Source: Lama glama (Eukaryota). From it: 64,000 bases of DNA. The stretch lies in the NCBI GenBank assembly GCA_028534125.1, contig CM052829.1:310001-374000 (forward strand), given 5' to 3'. Numbering within the stretch: the stretch's first letter is position 1; every line of letters begins with the position of its first letter. A program made the translations under genes and the position numbers. Shown here piece by piece: positions 12,265 through 24,773 of the stretch. The notes beneath the pieces were generated by a model. That model made no database searches. It saw only the letters and a program-made list of their open reading frames with translations, and was not told where the DNA came from.

Positions 12265-12330
12265 GGCCTGGGTCCTGACACTTCACGGCCACTAGGCTGT
12301 CTGTGTGACCCTGGGCAAGCCCAGCCCTGA
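12265..12330 (+). mobile_element. MIR core fragment
   Basis: CCACTAGGCTGTCTGTGTGACCCTGGGCAAG matches the MIR core. Confidence 0.5.
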
Positions 12331-13269
12331 GGGCTGTCTGCTGGGACACTGGAGTGGACCTAAATGGTTTCTGAGGAGTCTGAAAGTTTGGGGATAGTGT
12401 TATGAAACTCACGAGGTGTTTTCAAGCCTTAACCTGCTGGTAGCGGCCCTTTGTTACTAAGATGCTTGTGGGCGTGGAGGGCGACGTGGCTCCTTCACAC
12501 ACAGTCCACTGTTCCTCCTGTGTCACCGCCACCTCCGTCTCGAGGTCACACTCGGGGGAGTCCAGGGCCCTTCCCTCCCGGGCGCCTGCGTGCTGCTGCT
12601 GGCTGTTTGGAAGCCCTCATCTCAGGGCGTGTGCCCTGCTTAGGCCCCTGAGGAGCCCGGTGGGACAGGCCTTCGCCGTGGGGGCATTCTCCTCCCTGGT
12701 GTTGGTGAGGCCAGTCCCTGGGGCTGCCCTGCCGACCAGCCACAGGGATGGTGACTCCGAGTGGGAGCCACTTCCTTCCCAGCAGCCCTGGCAGGCCTCT
12801 CTCCATGGCCGCACGCCCCTCACATCCTCCTGGCTTGGCTTCCTGGGGCGCTGGCCATCCCCTCCCCTTCCGCTCCCTCCCCCAGAACAGAGGGACCAGG
12901 AGACAGGACTTTGCCGTTCACGCTCTTGTTTACTGACCTGGAAATGGAGGCCAGGGCAGGCGTGCGAACAATGGGATCAAAGCGGGTCCTGGACACGGGG
13001 CGCCTCAGGGACCCCACGCCCCCCCCCGCCATTTTCAGCCTTCTCTAGGGCCTCTCAGAACCCACCTTTACTCCAGGACCTCACACCGACCCTCTCAGCA
13101 GGTGGTACGAAATTGGCTTTGCACCTGATTTAAATTTGGCTCCTTCCGGTGGCTGGTAAGTAAGCGTTGCTGCTTTTGAAGCAATTCCTTGACCTTCCAC
13201 TCCCCGTTCCAGTCAATTCACGTGTATTTTCATATATTGCTTTCTCTCCAAGGAATTCACAGTCTAAAC

Positions 13270-13294
13270 GGGGGGGGGTGGGGGTGGGGGGTGG
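13270..13294 (+). other. G-tract cluster with G-quadruplex potential
   Basis: Long G runs separated by single T residues. Confidence 0.6.
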
Positions 13295-14489
13295 AAACGA
13301 TCATTAAGGAAGAAAAGGCCACGTGTCACTGGGGGCTAAATTCAGACACTTCTGAATCCAGATGCTACAGCCATTCGGGGCGAAGAGGCAGAGGAGACAG
13401 CATGAGCAGGGAGGCCCCAGAAGCTCTAAGCCCAGGGCTTAGAGGACGGTGCGGAAGAGGCGGGAGTTCCCCTCCACTCCTGGTGAGATTGGCGCGGCGG
13501 AGGCGTCAGTCACGGCCACGGCGGGGACTCTGCAGGGCTCGGGGAAGACAGGCGAGGTGATGAAGCAATGCTGAATTCACAGAAGGTTGGTCTGGCCGTG
13601 ACACAGAGAGTAGGGGCTCCAGTGCCAGCAGGACAGCCGGCGGGGCCCTGTGATCTGACCTGAGCTGAAGGGTCTGAATTCAGCCGACGACCACAGACCA
13701 GACAGGAACTTTTCAAGAGCATGGCCCAACTGGCCAAGCTAGAGGAAGGCAGGGCCGCCCGCCGGGCCAGGACGAGGAGGGGTCAGCCTCGGGGCGGGAG
13801 GGCTGTTGGGCAGAAGAGGGTGCAGAGCGGGGCCTGGAGTCCGGCAGGGATGCGGGCGGCCGTCAGGGCCCCCTCTGGTCCTGTCCTGCCGTCAGACCCT
13901 TCGCACTGAGAGCAGGACCGGCGTCCGTGTGCTTGGCCGGGTCCCCATGGATGGCCAGCACGTGTCACGGGCCTAGGGCTCTCAGCAAAGTTCTTAGTTT
14001 CCCCTTTCTTCAGGCCAGTTTCTCCCAGATTCTGGGCCTAGGATTTGTGATTAGCTAAAGCCATTGTTGGCACTTCGGCAGTGAGCTGGTGGAAATGGAA
14101 GGAAGGTCGCTTAGACTCTCGGTGTTTCTGTCCAGAAACGCGGTGACCGGCTGGAGACGCCGTCCTTCTGCAGGGGCTCCAGGCCGGCAGTGACTGTGCT
14201 TCTGAGGTCAGAACCTTGATGATGACTGTCTCAGAGACCATGAGAAAAAGTGGGAAAAGCAGGATTTCCTGAGTGACTCCAGCATCGCTGACAACTGTGA
14301 CCATGTCATCGTCAAGCTCTTCCTTCCGGGGTGACGTAGGAGTCTGCTTGTCAGCCACGAAAGGGGGCGAGACCCACGGCAGAGCCACGGTGCCCCGTGC
14401 TCAGGGCCTCCTCCACCCTCGTGCAAGAACCATCACCTGTCGTTAAAGACATCCACCCATTTCCCAGCTTTTCCCAAAATGATGCACCT

Positions 14490-14735
14490 TCTTATACTGT
14501 AGCCACACGTAAAATTTGTAGACAAGCAAAAGAGGAACGGCAGACATCACACGGAAACCCACTACCCAGATAAGCAAGGCTCTCATTTTGCTCGTTTCCT
14601 ACACTTGCATGCACAGCTTTTCTCTCTCTGAAGTGGACCCTATGTTTCCACTTTGAAGTATTTCTGATGACTTTTCCAGGCATTAAACATACGTTTTCGA
14701 CATGCTGCTACTCGCCTCACGTGTGTACCTCAGTC
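14490..14735 (-). mobile_element. Old L1 (L1ME-like) 3' end remnant
   Basis: GTAAAATTTGTAGACAAGCAAAAGAGGAA...AACCCACTACCCAGATAAGC...CATTTTG resembles the antisense L1ME 3' terminus. Confidence 0.5.
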
Positions 14736-16089
14736 CCTCACAGGGTGGGACTTGACTCTTTAACCAGCTCCCTGTTCATGCCTGCAGGCTGGTGTTTCAC
14801 TGTGAGATCGAAAGCCACCATTTGATAAGTTGAGAGACAGTTCTCCAACGGTCTGGTGAGCAGAAGCTCTGACTGCCTTTCTTCGCGAGGAGGTTGTGGG
14901 CCTGGAGAGCAGACGGCAGGTGTGTCACAGAGGACCCAGCTCCCTAGGCTTGGGGTCCTCGCCTGTAACGCGTTATAGGTATACATGTGCGGGTGTGGCC
15001 TCTGCGTCACGGGCAGGGTGAGGCCTGGGGAACGGGCACCAGATAAGGCCAATGGTCTCAGCAGGGCAGTCTTCCAGCCTCGGATGGAAGCTTCGTCTCT
15101 GCCCCTGAGTCTCACGTCCCCACCAGCACCCTTGAGCCATGGCATCCCCTCCAACGGGCTTGTGAGAAGGGCAGAAACGCACTACGATTCTGCACACTTA
15201 GAAGCACCTGAAGTTCCAGGACGGGTGGGAAGGGCAAGAGCAGGATTAAATCCCCGCCAGCGCCTGCTGGTGAGGCCCTCCATGCTGGCGAAGGCCTGGC
15301 CTGCACAGCTACTGACATCCAAGACCGGGGTGCTGCCGCCTCCCGGGGATGCCTGGGGCGGCTGCAGCTGGTGCACCGGCCTAGGCCTGCCACTACCCGC
15401 CACGCCAGGCGGGCCTGACTCTGTCCCTGCAGCCCCGCCTCCCCTCCCTGGGATGGGTTGTGGCCGGGCCCTGGGCTTCCTCTGCCCTGCCAGGAAGACG
15501 CGGGCTCAACTGGAGTGGGTTCCAGAGCGACTGAGTCACCCCTCTGAGTCAGCACTTGCTCTGTTTCCTGGGAAAGTGTCAGGTGTGGATGGCCACTCCA
15601 GCTGCCATGAGGAAGGGGACAGCCTGGCCCCAAGGAAGGCGTGCGTAACCTGCACGTCGGGGGTTCGGGGACAACTCCACACTCAGGCTGCTCGCACCTC
15701 CATGGCACATGCTCGGGTGGGGAGGGGCCTCTGTGCAGGACCCTCTGTCCCCCACCCCCAGCCCTGCTGCCAGGAGCTCACTCTCCAGCTGGGCAGACAT
15801 ACCAGGGCGGCTGGGGCGCCCAGGGCCTCCCGGTGCCTGTGGGAAACCGACACCCAGGAAGGCCTGGATGTCCTCCATCTGCTGGTTCTGAGGAGCTGCC
15901 CTCAGCCCTTGGCCACTGGTGTATGACTCTCATCTGTCTCCCTGCTCAGGATTTGCCAAGACGCAGAGAGAGGAGCAAAGAGCTGGTCTGCAGCCAGGAA
16001 GGGGTTAAGTGGCCACTGCCAGACAGGGATGCCGGACTCTGGGGAGAGACGCCTTCCGCGGGGCAGCAGAGCTTTCCAAGCACAGTGTT

Positions 16090-16200
16090 TTCTGTTCTAA
16101 ATATGGACTAAGGAGACAGCTATTTTTAGGAAGCAAATGGTAATGATTAGAGTTTTCAGATTTAAGCAGTCATTTAGTCATAAAAGCTGAATTCACATGC
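16090..16200. promoter_or_regulatory. Candidate enhancer: CArG-like, MEF2, E-box and homeodomain motif cluster
   Basis: CTAAATATGG (16097-16106), perfect MEF2 consensus CTATTTTTAG (16120-16129), CAAATG (16134-16139), TAATGATTA (16141-16149) and GTCATAAAA (16177-16185), all in an AT-rich non-repeat island. Motif evidence only. Confidence 0.4.
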
Positions 16201-18057
16201 TACAAAAAATAGTCTTTTCCCCTGGTTGATAGCAGGGTTCCTTCAAGTGCAGTCGTTGCTCATCTTCTATGAACGCACAGCGGACGAGGGCAGGTGGCCA
16301 CCCCCACCCAGCTCCCCTGGAGGGGTAGGGAGATGACCCCTCACTGTGAGGAGGATGGTGATTAAGCTGCTGCCGAGGGCACAAGCACCCTGCCGGCCTC
16401 CGTCACAACGCCCTGTGTGCGCGTGGCCGCGTCTCCTGACCAGACGAAGGGGCCTGCATCTTGGCTTCCCTGCAGAGGTGCACGTGCTGCCCTCGGGAGA
16501 ATGCCATGTGCCAAGTCCAAGGCACAATCAAGGCTGACTGTTTCAGGGGAGACTTGGTGACGTCAAAATCAAAGCGTAGGCTTCCTAACAAGAGCTGACA
16601 AGAACTCAGCCGCTCTCTGACAGGGAGCCCGAAGCGGGGGGACGGGGGACAGGCAGTCAGGCGGTCAGTGGGGTGGACAGTGAGAGGATGAGGAGGGTGT
16701 GCTGGGAGCTGATCCACCCGTGGGAAAGGTGCCGGCTCCTGGGTCAGGAGGAGGCCCCGAGGCCTGTCTGGGGACCCCGCTCACCCTTTGCGGGGCCTGT
16801 TCCCCTTGCCCACCCTGCTCTCCCGCCTGAAAAGGCAGTCTTTTTCCTAAGGTTTCTTTGGAGAGGAGAGGCGAGCGGGCGAGCCCAGGAGCCCCGTGGG
16901 CTGCGTGTCCACCCCAGGGAGGTGGCAGAGGGGCTGGGCTCTCCCTCATGGCTTGCACATCCCCCATCAGAGGCCCTGGGGTTACTCAGGGGAGGAGCCC
17001 CGCTCTCAGAGGGGCCAGTGGCCTTTCCAAACCTCCCACCCAGGATGAGTGGGCGCCAGCCTTCCCACAGGTCCACAAAAGGTCCTCCACCACCAGCATC
17101 GTGTAGGCGCCCTGGGCATGAGAGGAAGGGCTGCTCCTCAGGGTCTGACCCCAGGACTCAGCTCCACACATGGAGCAGAAACAGGTCCTCCTCGTGCCGG
17201 GCCTGCGCCACGCACCCCCCAGGACTTCCTGCTGGCCTCGGGCCCCACCCCACCTCTGCTGAGGACACAGCGCCCCTCGCTGACCCCGGCAGCCACGGTT
17301 CTCTGCTCCCTCCCTCTGCTTGTCCCATGGCCCCTCTCCACCCATCAGTGCGGTCCAGGCCTCTGGAGGAGCCTGGCGGGCCAGGGACAGGCTGGACGGC
17401 TTCCTCCTCCCTCAGAGGGGCTTCTGGGCTGCTCCACCTCGGGGGCGTGTGGGAAAAGCTTGAGAGCGTTCTTGCTGTGCGGTCATCGTCCTCGGTGTCA
17501 GTGCCGCCCGTGTCTGGGCTTAGACCAGGACGAGATGGCTCCCCAGGGTGGGTGCTTCCACCAGGCGGACAGAGAGCGAGGAGTGGGGCTGCCACCCCCC
17601 CGGACCTCTGCTCCCCCTGACCAGCCACACGGCCCTGAGGGATGCCCTCCAGCTTTTGGACCTCATCCAAAAACAAGGCCATTGACACCTGCATTTGTAA
17701 CATCTGTCGGCGCTGAGCTGGCTGATGGTTAAAGGACACAACGCGTGTGTCCTCAACGGCACACGACTTCACCCCTGGACGCCCAGTGCCCAGCTCGGCC
17801 CCCGAGCCCCTCAAGCCCGAGGGCTCCGCTGGACTCTTGGGCAGCAGCACGGCCCCCAAACGGACGTTACTTGCTGGCGTTCGCCCATAAATAGTGCCCC
17901 CACCCTGACTCCCTTTCTCCGGTGGTTTTCTGTTTAGACGGAGCTACAGGAGCACCCTCCAGGTCTGTCACCTTCAGGAATTCTGTAGGGTTTGTGCAAA
18001 CCAGGCTGAGCAGCAAGGGGCACATCACTGCTGTAGGTGAGCTGATTCCAGAAGGTA

Positions 18058-18155
18058 CCACAGGTCTGCACCCCCACAGGTCTGGTTCCTCACAGGCCTG
18101 CACCTCCATGGGCCTGGGTCCCCACCCCCACAGGTCTGCACCCCCACAGGTCTGG
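18058..18155. repeat. Degenerate ~16-bp minisatellite (CACAGGTCTGCACCCC)
   Basis: Exact 28-bp block CCACAGGTCTGCACCCCCACAGGTCTGG at 18058-18085 and 18128-18155, with diverged units between. Confidence 0.85.
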
Positions 18156-21100
18156 GCCAGGGACCTTGCAGGGCCTCCCCAGGGTCGGAACCAGGGTGCC
18201 TCTTGTCCCTCAGGTGGCTAGCGTCCAGGAGAGGCTCAGACACCCATCCCTCCAGGATCGGGGCACAGATACACCTGTTAAGTCCTGGGACGCCGACTTT
18301 GCTACGTGAACTTGGGGAGCTCTTCATGCCTCTGGGACAGGGTCTGGGGCATTGCTGAGGGAATTAAGTGGGGCTGCACCTTCATGACCACCGGCAGAAG
18401 CACAGTGGTGAGCTCCTGCATCCCAGCTGTCCCCTGGAGGTCTCCACGGTGGGTTTCTCCCTGGAGATGGGGCTCTGCCTGTGTGGCCGCCCCTGACCTG
18501 GGCTCTGCGGCAGCTCTGGGGCCTCCCTCCGGTCCTGCTTGACCGCAGAGTGGGTGCCCTTGGAGTGTCTGCCCCACACGCAGACCCTGCAGCAGCCCCC
18601 CTCCTGGAGCCCCCAGGGGGTGGAAGGGGCCTGTCAGCTGTGCTGTGATCTGAGGGCCGCACACTAACCTCACTCCCCAGCCCCACCTTCATTTTCCACG
18701 GGCACCCCCGCCCCAGCCCGTGTTTTCTGAGAGATGACACACAGGCCTTGCCCAGCCCACGGGGCAGAGAGCTTTTCTCTGACGGTGGGTGTCTGAGAAG
18801 TTAGCTCAAAGAAGCGCCTGGAGCCCGCAGCGGCTGAGACAGGGCTGGTGGCAGAGCCAGCCGGGAGCGAGCCAAGGCAGGGTTCCGATCCCCGCAGAGC
18901 GGTGGTGGGGACCGCTTCCTGGTTCACAGTGCCAGGAAGGGAAAGGAGGGACGCTAACTCACAGTAACATTTTTACGGAGAAGGACGGATGTGGTGGAAT
19001 ATGAAATGCAGAAAGCGTGTTTTTTCAGACTGTTTGATGTTAAAGGTTGCAATTAACTTTGTGAAGGCAGGGAAATGGGGAAAGGGCACAGTGGAGACGT
19101 AACAAACTTTATTCAGAACAGGAAAAGGCCAGGGTGATGGCAAGGCCGATAGTGGACGAGTAAGAAGGCTTATTTCCTGTTCAGCACAATCAGCGTAGGT
19201 GAGAGAGCTGGAAACAGCCGCAGCCTGAAGGCAGGGGCGTCATGATAAGACTGGAAGGCGACCAGGGAGCAGAATTAATGTTCGAACCCAAAGACGGTCC
19301 ACAGAGAAGTGTTGACAGACAGGAAGTGCTGAGAGGGGGACCCTGCAAACGGTCGAGATGACACGAGGATTAGGAAGGTGCGGCAGGACGGAGCCGAGGC
19401 TGTGGGGAGGGCGGGAGGGGCGCGGGGCAAGCACAGAACGAAGCTTCCCTGTGGCTGGCGGGGACCTCGCCAGGAGGCGGCTGGCAGGGAGGAAGTCCTG
19501 GGATGGGGACGAAAACAGACAAGTTCAGGCCCGACCAGAAGTAAGAGGTCGGGAGAAAGCTCTCGTTCCGTAGTTTCTGTGAGTGTTGAAGACACCCTGG
19601 AAGACTCTGCAGTTTCCACCGAGATGCTCGTTTCGAATGAAGAATTAGAGATTTAAAGCAAAAGCCACTGCCGCCTGGGCAGCTGCAGATGCTCCGTTCA
19701 TTATTAAAGAGGAGGCAGAGTTGATCGCACCCCCGCCTTCTGGTGTGGAAACAGCAGACCATCGCGAGGGAGCTCAGGCCAGGATCCTGCAGGTGCGAGG
19801 CCAGCTGTCCCCCGTCCACTCCAGACCTGCGTGTCTGGTTGAGGCCCAGGAGGCTTCCCCTGGGCCCAGCTCCTGGTGTGAGCCCCTCGCAGAGAGCGTG
19901 CTCCCACAGTGACTCGCTCCCACCGTGCAGGGCGATGGGCCGTGTGCAGCCACGATGGGGAAAACCACGCAGCAAGGAGGCGAGGGTGCCTCCAGGGGCA
20001 GTGAGGAGCCAGGTCCCTCGCCCCACAGCTGCAAGGAGATGGCCCTGCCAAGCTGAGGTGCTGAGAAGGGGTCCTTCTGCACCAGGGCCTCCAGATGAGG
20101 CCCCCACCGCCCGTCCACACTGTCACTGCAGCTGGTGAACGAGGGCCCAGCTGCGCCGCAGAAGTGCCCCTGAGTGTGTGGCAGCTCGTGACACAGACAC
20201 GGAAAACTGACAGGCATCAGAGCAGCTCTGAGTAAAGCCCAAGGGACCCGGTTCCTGAAACACCCGCTGCATTTCTGTCACTCTTGGAAGAACACAGTTG
20301 TTTCCGATAGAAGGCAAAGCAGACGTTCCCTCCTCCAGTTCAGGTCGTCTCCCAATCCACGTTCTCCGTGAGGTTTTAAGCTGTAGTTTTAGCCACCATG
20401 CGCCTAATCCCCAATCCTGACAGACGCACACAGAGACTTTTCCGTCTGGAGTGACGGGTCCTCAGCTTGATCACCTGCCTGGGGTGAGGGACCCCCCCCA
20501 CCAATTTCTGCCAAGTCCCCAAACTGCAGAAGTGCAGGCGTGGTGTGACTCCTGGGGCTGTTTCGGAGGTGGCAGTGGCCACTCCCCCAGACATAATTGG
20601 AAAGGTGACCTTGAGGTTTCAGTGGGATGGGGCCATGGAGGGTGAGGCCTGGTGTGCTGGGGCACTGGTGGGGTAAGTTTGGAAACAGCCCCTCTGCCCC
20701 AAGATTGGGGGCTGTGAAGCCAGGTTGGAGGGGGTTGGAATGGGCAAGTGGGGAGCTGGCCTTCAAGCAGCCCAAGGTGGGCCACCCCTGCGGCCCAGAG
20801 CCAGGGCCTCCAGCAGAAGGTACGTTCCTGGAAGCGGCAGGGCCTCTCCAGTCAGACCCAACTGGGCTGCGGCTCTGCACAGGGTCCTGCCAGTGGAACT
20901 GAGATGAGCCGAGATCCAGGAACCCTAGGTGGCTGTCTCAGTAGTCAGGCCACCCCTCCTGCCAGGCCACAGAGCAGGGGTCCTGCTCTAAGCGTGGCGG
21001 GAGCTGACAGTGGACGTGCGTGGCACCAGGGCAGAGGGGCTTAGGTCATGACTCAGGGCAACAGGTGCAGGCGGGACCACCCGGAGCCACCAGCACGGGG

Positions 21101-21324
21101 GGCGCCCATCCAGCACGACAGCACGGAGGTGGCCCGGGCGAGGGGCGCTGACAGAGCCAGGCCCCGACCTCAGCCTCCTCGTCCTGTCCGCTGCGGGGTC
21201 GCGTCCAGGCCCACCTCTCCGTAAAAGCTCTCCTGACTCTGCTTGCCCTCCCACCCTGTCTGGCTGGCCCTGCAGCATTGACGGTGCGTCTCGTGCAAGT
21301 GAACGTTTAATTATCAACTTCATT

Positions 21325-21490
21325 CTCTCTTGTCTTTCGACTAGACTGGAAGCCCCTGAGGACTAGGCGCATGCTCTGCGCGTCGTGGTCTTTCTCACGC
21401 CCCGGGCAGAGCCCCAGGCCCGCAGTGGGGGCTCCCAGCAGTGTCCGGCAGGGTGGGTGAGAGGGTGGACCAGCTCACTGGCTGAATGAG
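21325..21490 (+). mobile_element. L2 LINE 3' end remnant
   Basis: GACTAGACTGGAAGCCCCTGAGGACTAGG matches L2 CACTAGACTGTAAGCTCCTTGAGGGCAGG; the segment ends in a TGAATGA-like tail. Confidence 0.6.
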
Positions 21491-21699
21491 GACCACGAAG
21501 GTCCTTTCTCCCCGGAAACTGACGCTCTTCTGGGGTCATGAAGGCACGCAGCCCTCTCTCCTCCATCCAGCCCGCGTCCCCTGTCCCCGGGCACCCAGCT
21601 GGCCCTCGACACGCCCGCCGGTTGGCCGCCTCCCGCCTCCCACATGCTGGTTGGCCCTGGGCTGCGGCGGGGACCAGGTTTCTCGTGGCTTTCTGTGTG

Positions 21700-21890
21700 A
21701 GATGCACACGCTTGTTCTTCTGCAAATGCAGGGAATTAGTGCTAAGACAATTGGAAACACTTAACTGAAAAATGCAAAGGGGGCTAGCGACGCTGTCCGT
21801 CATCAGCGATTTCTGAAACGTTCTCGGTGGAATTCTGTTTTCAGCAAGTGGCAAGATTAATTCGCAGCTGTGTCACTACAGTAGCCTCGC
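21700..21890. promoter_or_regulatory. Candidate conserved non-coding element
   Basis: Relatively AT-rich non-repeat island with GAATTAG, GACAATTG (SOX-like ACAAT), GATTAATT and E-boxes CAAATG/CAAGTG/CAGCTG. Confidence 0.3.
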
Positions 21891-22029
21891 CCTGAAGTCT
21901 AGGGCCTGAGGAGGAAAAGTAGGTCCCCCAGCCCCCAGGACAATGATCCTGTGAGAGGCCAGGAATGGAAAATTCCAGAAGATTTTTACCCAGTGCCTCT
22001 TATTCTTGGGCAAGAAGACAGGAGAGGAC

Positions 22030-22170
22030 ACTGAGTCACTCCTTCATTCTTTTGTTCAACACGTTCGCTGGAAGTAGTCGTGGCGCCGGCACTATGCGCG
22101 GCTTCCGTGTTCAGGCAGGGCCCTGCTCTCGAGAACATCACTGTGGGTGGGGACGGATCAGGAAGGGAGC
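22030..22170 (-). mobile_element. L2 LINE 3' end remnant, antisense
   Basis: TCACTCCTTCATTCTTTTGTTCAACACGTTCGCTGG...GCCGGCACTATGC...GGCCCTGCTCTCGAGAACATCAC matches L2 TTCATTCAACAAATATTTATTGAG...CCAGGCACTGT...CCCTGCCCTCATGGAGCTTAC. Confidence 0.6.
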
Positions 22171-24221
22171 AGAGACCATAAACCTTGTGTTCAAAGGGCG
22201 TGGAAGCCCTGACTCGAGAGGGACAGGAGGCTGGCGTCGGGGTCTGACAGGCCCAGGATGGGTAGAGTTGGAGAGGGAGGCACAGGGTGGAGGGTGAGGC
22301 GGGAGGCGGCTGGTCCGGAGGACGGTGCGGGGGGCAGGTGGTCAGCAGCTCAGGAGCAGTGGGAGCCGTGAGAAGCGAGTGTGAGCGGGCTGCCTCACGC
22401 CCTCGTGCGGGGCGGCCAGCACCGTGCTGCCCGCACCGTGTCCAGAGGCAGAGCAGGGCTCTTTGTGCTCTGGGGGGGATAATGTCTCTGGAAGCCGGCC
22501 CTTAGGCCAGAAGACCACGGCTGCCAGCCGGCTCCTCACTGACGCGCCAGGTCCGGGACAACGCTGGTCCTAGAAACTGTGACGCAAATCGGCCACTCGA
22601 ATGTCCCGCCCCGAACAGTCCTCATCAAATACCCACAAAACAAACCACTGGTGCAAAGACGGGGGAAATCACTTCACTCTTCACGTGTAAACTTGCCGCC
22701 CTTGTACGAACGGTCCCTGTTCTGTGCCTGACAGCTTCCCTCCTGCTCGTGAGGCAGGTGTGGAAGAAACGCCTGCCTAACCCAGCAGGGCCCACTGTAG
22801 AGGCCCCTGTGTTCTCCACGAGACGGACCGAAACGGCCCAGGGACTAAGGAAGGGGGGAGAGGGTTTGCTGACGAGGTCCGGTGCTGGGAGCAGGGAGTC
22901 ATCCCTGGGGCAAGGGGGCCGCCTGCCCCCGGGAACTGCTGCAGCAGCGGAGCGGGCCCTGCTGGTCGCCCCAGGCCTCCCGGGCGAGCTACTTACCTCT
23001 GCCCTTCCTCGTCCGACAAGCCGGGAGAGAACACCGCGTGTGTCTCGTGGGGACACCAGCAAGGTCAGTGTGTGTCCGCTGAGAAGCCCAGCTCAGTCTG
23101 AGCCAGGCTGGGCCCAACGCCAGCAATGCGGCCGCCGTCCACGGCTGACATGCAGAGAAGGACGTGGACGAGGGTCTGTGCCGGTCACTGGATGGTGGTG
23201 GCTGCAGCGGGAGGCCCTGTGCTCCCAGGAGGACAGGAGAGGGTTCCCTTCCAGGGAGGAGCCCCTGCGGGGGCCCAGGCCCCGGGACAGAGAGGCACTG
23301 TGACCCCAGGGGCCACGCGTTCCTGCAGCCTGCCCTCTTAGGGCCCTGGGGCTGCAGTCGAGGGGCAGCCCAGTAGGCAAGGCGGCCGAGCCCGCCGAGC
23401 CCGCTGGGCTGGCGGCGTGAGCCTGGGGACAGCGCCCTTCAGGCTGCGCCTCCCTGTGCCGCCTGGCTTGTTTCAGTTTCGGCCCAGACGCCACGGGCAG
23501 CAGCCGCCCAGCCCCACTGGCTGTCTCTGGACAGCGCCTGGGACTGAGGGGCAGATTCCTGGACCTTCGTCCACTTTCTACAACTTCGGCTTCAACACAG
23601 GCCTTCCCGTCACAGACCTGAGGCCCTGCCCGGTTCCCTGCTGGAGCCCCTCAGGTGACAGTCTCTTCCTTAAAGGGTGTCAGGGACGCACCTCGGAAAA
23701 GAGCTTTCAGCCTGGCCAGAGCCGGGGGCCGGAGAGGGCTCTCCTGTCTCTCTTCCTCCCTCCTGCCCCCGCCCCCGCTGCCCCAGCATCGGCACCAGCA
23801 CCGGCGCCGGGAGAGGCTGGGACGCAGGAGGAGCCACCCCTGAGCTGGAGGAACAAGCTCCGTGGACCTGTCTGGCCCCGGGGTCAGGAGGTCGCTGCGG
23901 GCGGGAGGGGCCTGGGCAGCAGCCTGGGAGCCCCCTGCCCCTCCAGCATCATTTAGACAAACAAGCAGATGGCAGGTGTCAGGGGGACAATGAGCCATCT
24001 GTGCAGTGGGGCCGCCCCTGCTCCCTCACAGGGACCTCATGAAAGCCGTGCCTGGAGAGCACGCTGCCCTCAGCCAGCAGGCTACTCGGACCGACTTCTG
24101 AGAACGGCAGCCGCCCTGTGTCCTCCACCGAGGCTCCGGGCCGGCTGTCCAGGGCCCTGGGTCTGCTGGGCTCTGAGGGTGTGTCCACCAGGGCCACGCG
24201 GGCTCCCCTCCACTCCATCCT

Positions 24222-24273
24222 CCCCACCACGTCCCCCCACGTCTCTCCCTCCCTCACCACGTCCCCCCACGCC
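24222..24273. repeat. Start of a C-rich ~30-bp-period tandem repeat running into the gap
   Basis: CACCACGTCCCCCCACG at 24225-24241 and 24255-24271. Confidence 0.7.
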
Positions 24274-24773
24274 NNNNNNNNNNNNNNNNNNNNNNNNNNN
24301 NNNNNNNNNNNNNNNNNNNNNNNNNNNNNNNNNNNNNNNNNNNNNNNNNNNNNNNNNNNNNNNNNNNNNNNNNNNNNNNNNNNNNNNNNNNNNNNNNNNN
24401 NNNNNNNNNNNNNNNNNNNNNNNNNNNNNNNNNNNNNNNNNNNNNNNNNNNNNNNNNNNNNNNNNNNNNNNNNNNNNNNNNNNNNNNNNNNNNNNNNNNN
24501 NNNNNNNNNNNNNNNNNNNNNNNNNNNNNNNNNNNNNNNNNNNNNNNNNNNNNNNNNNNNNNNNNNNNNNNNNNNNNNNNNNNNNNNNNNNNNNNNNNNN
24601 NNNNNNNNNNNNNNNNNNNNNNNNNNNNNNNNNNNNNNNNNNNNNNNNNNNNNNNNNNNNNNNNNNNNNNNNNNNNNNNNNNNNNNNNNNNNNNNNNNNN
24701 NNNNNNNNNNNNNNNNNNNNNNNNNNNNNNNNNNNNNNNNNNNNNNNNNNNNNNNNNNNNNNNNNNNNNNNNN
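24274..24773. other. Assembly gap (500 N)
   Basis: Run of exactly 500 N, probably a placeholder length. Confidence 0.99.

Noticed and set aside
14985-17859. 313-, 315-, 227- and 233-aa ORFs
   Set aside because: Pro/Gly/Arg/Ala-rich, overlapping in multiple frames and strands, often with non-ATG starts and no domain; expected in GC-rich non-coding DNA.
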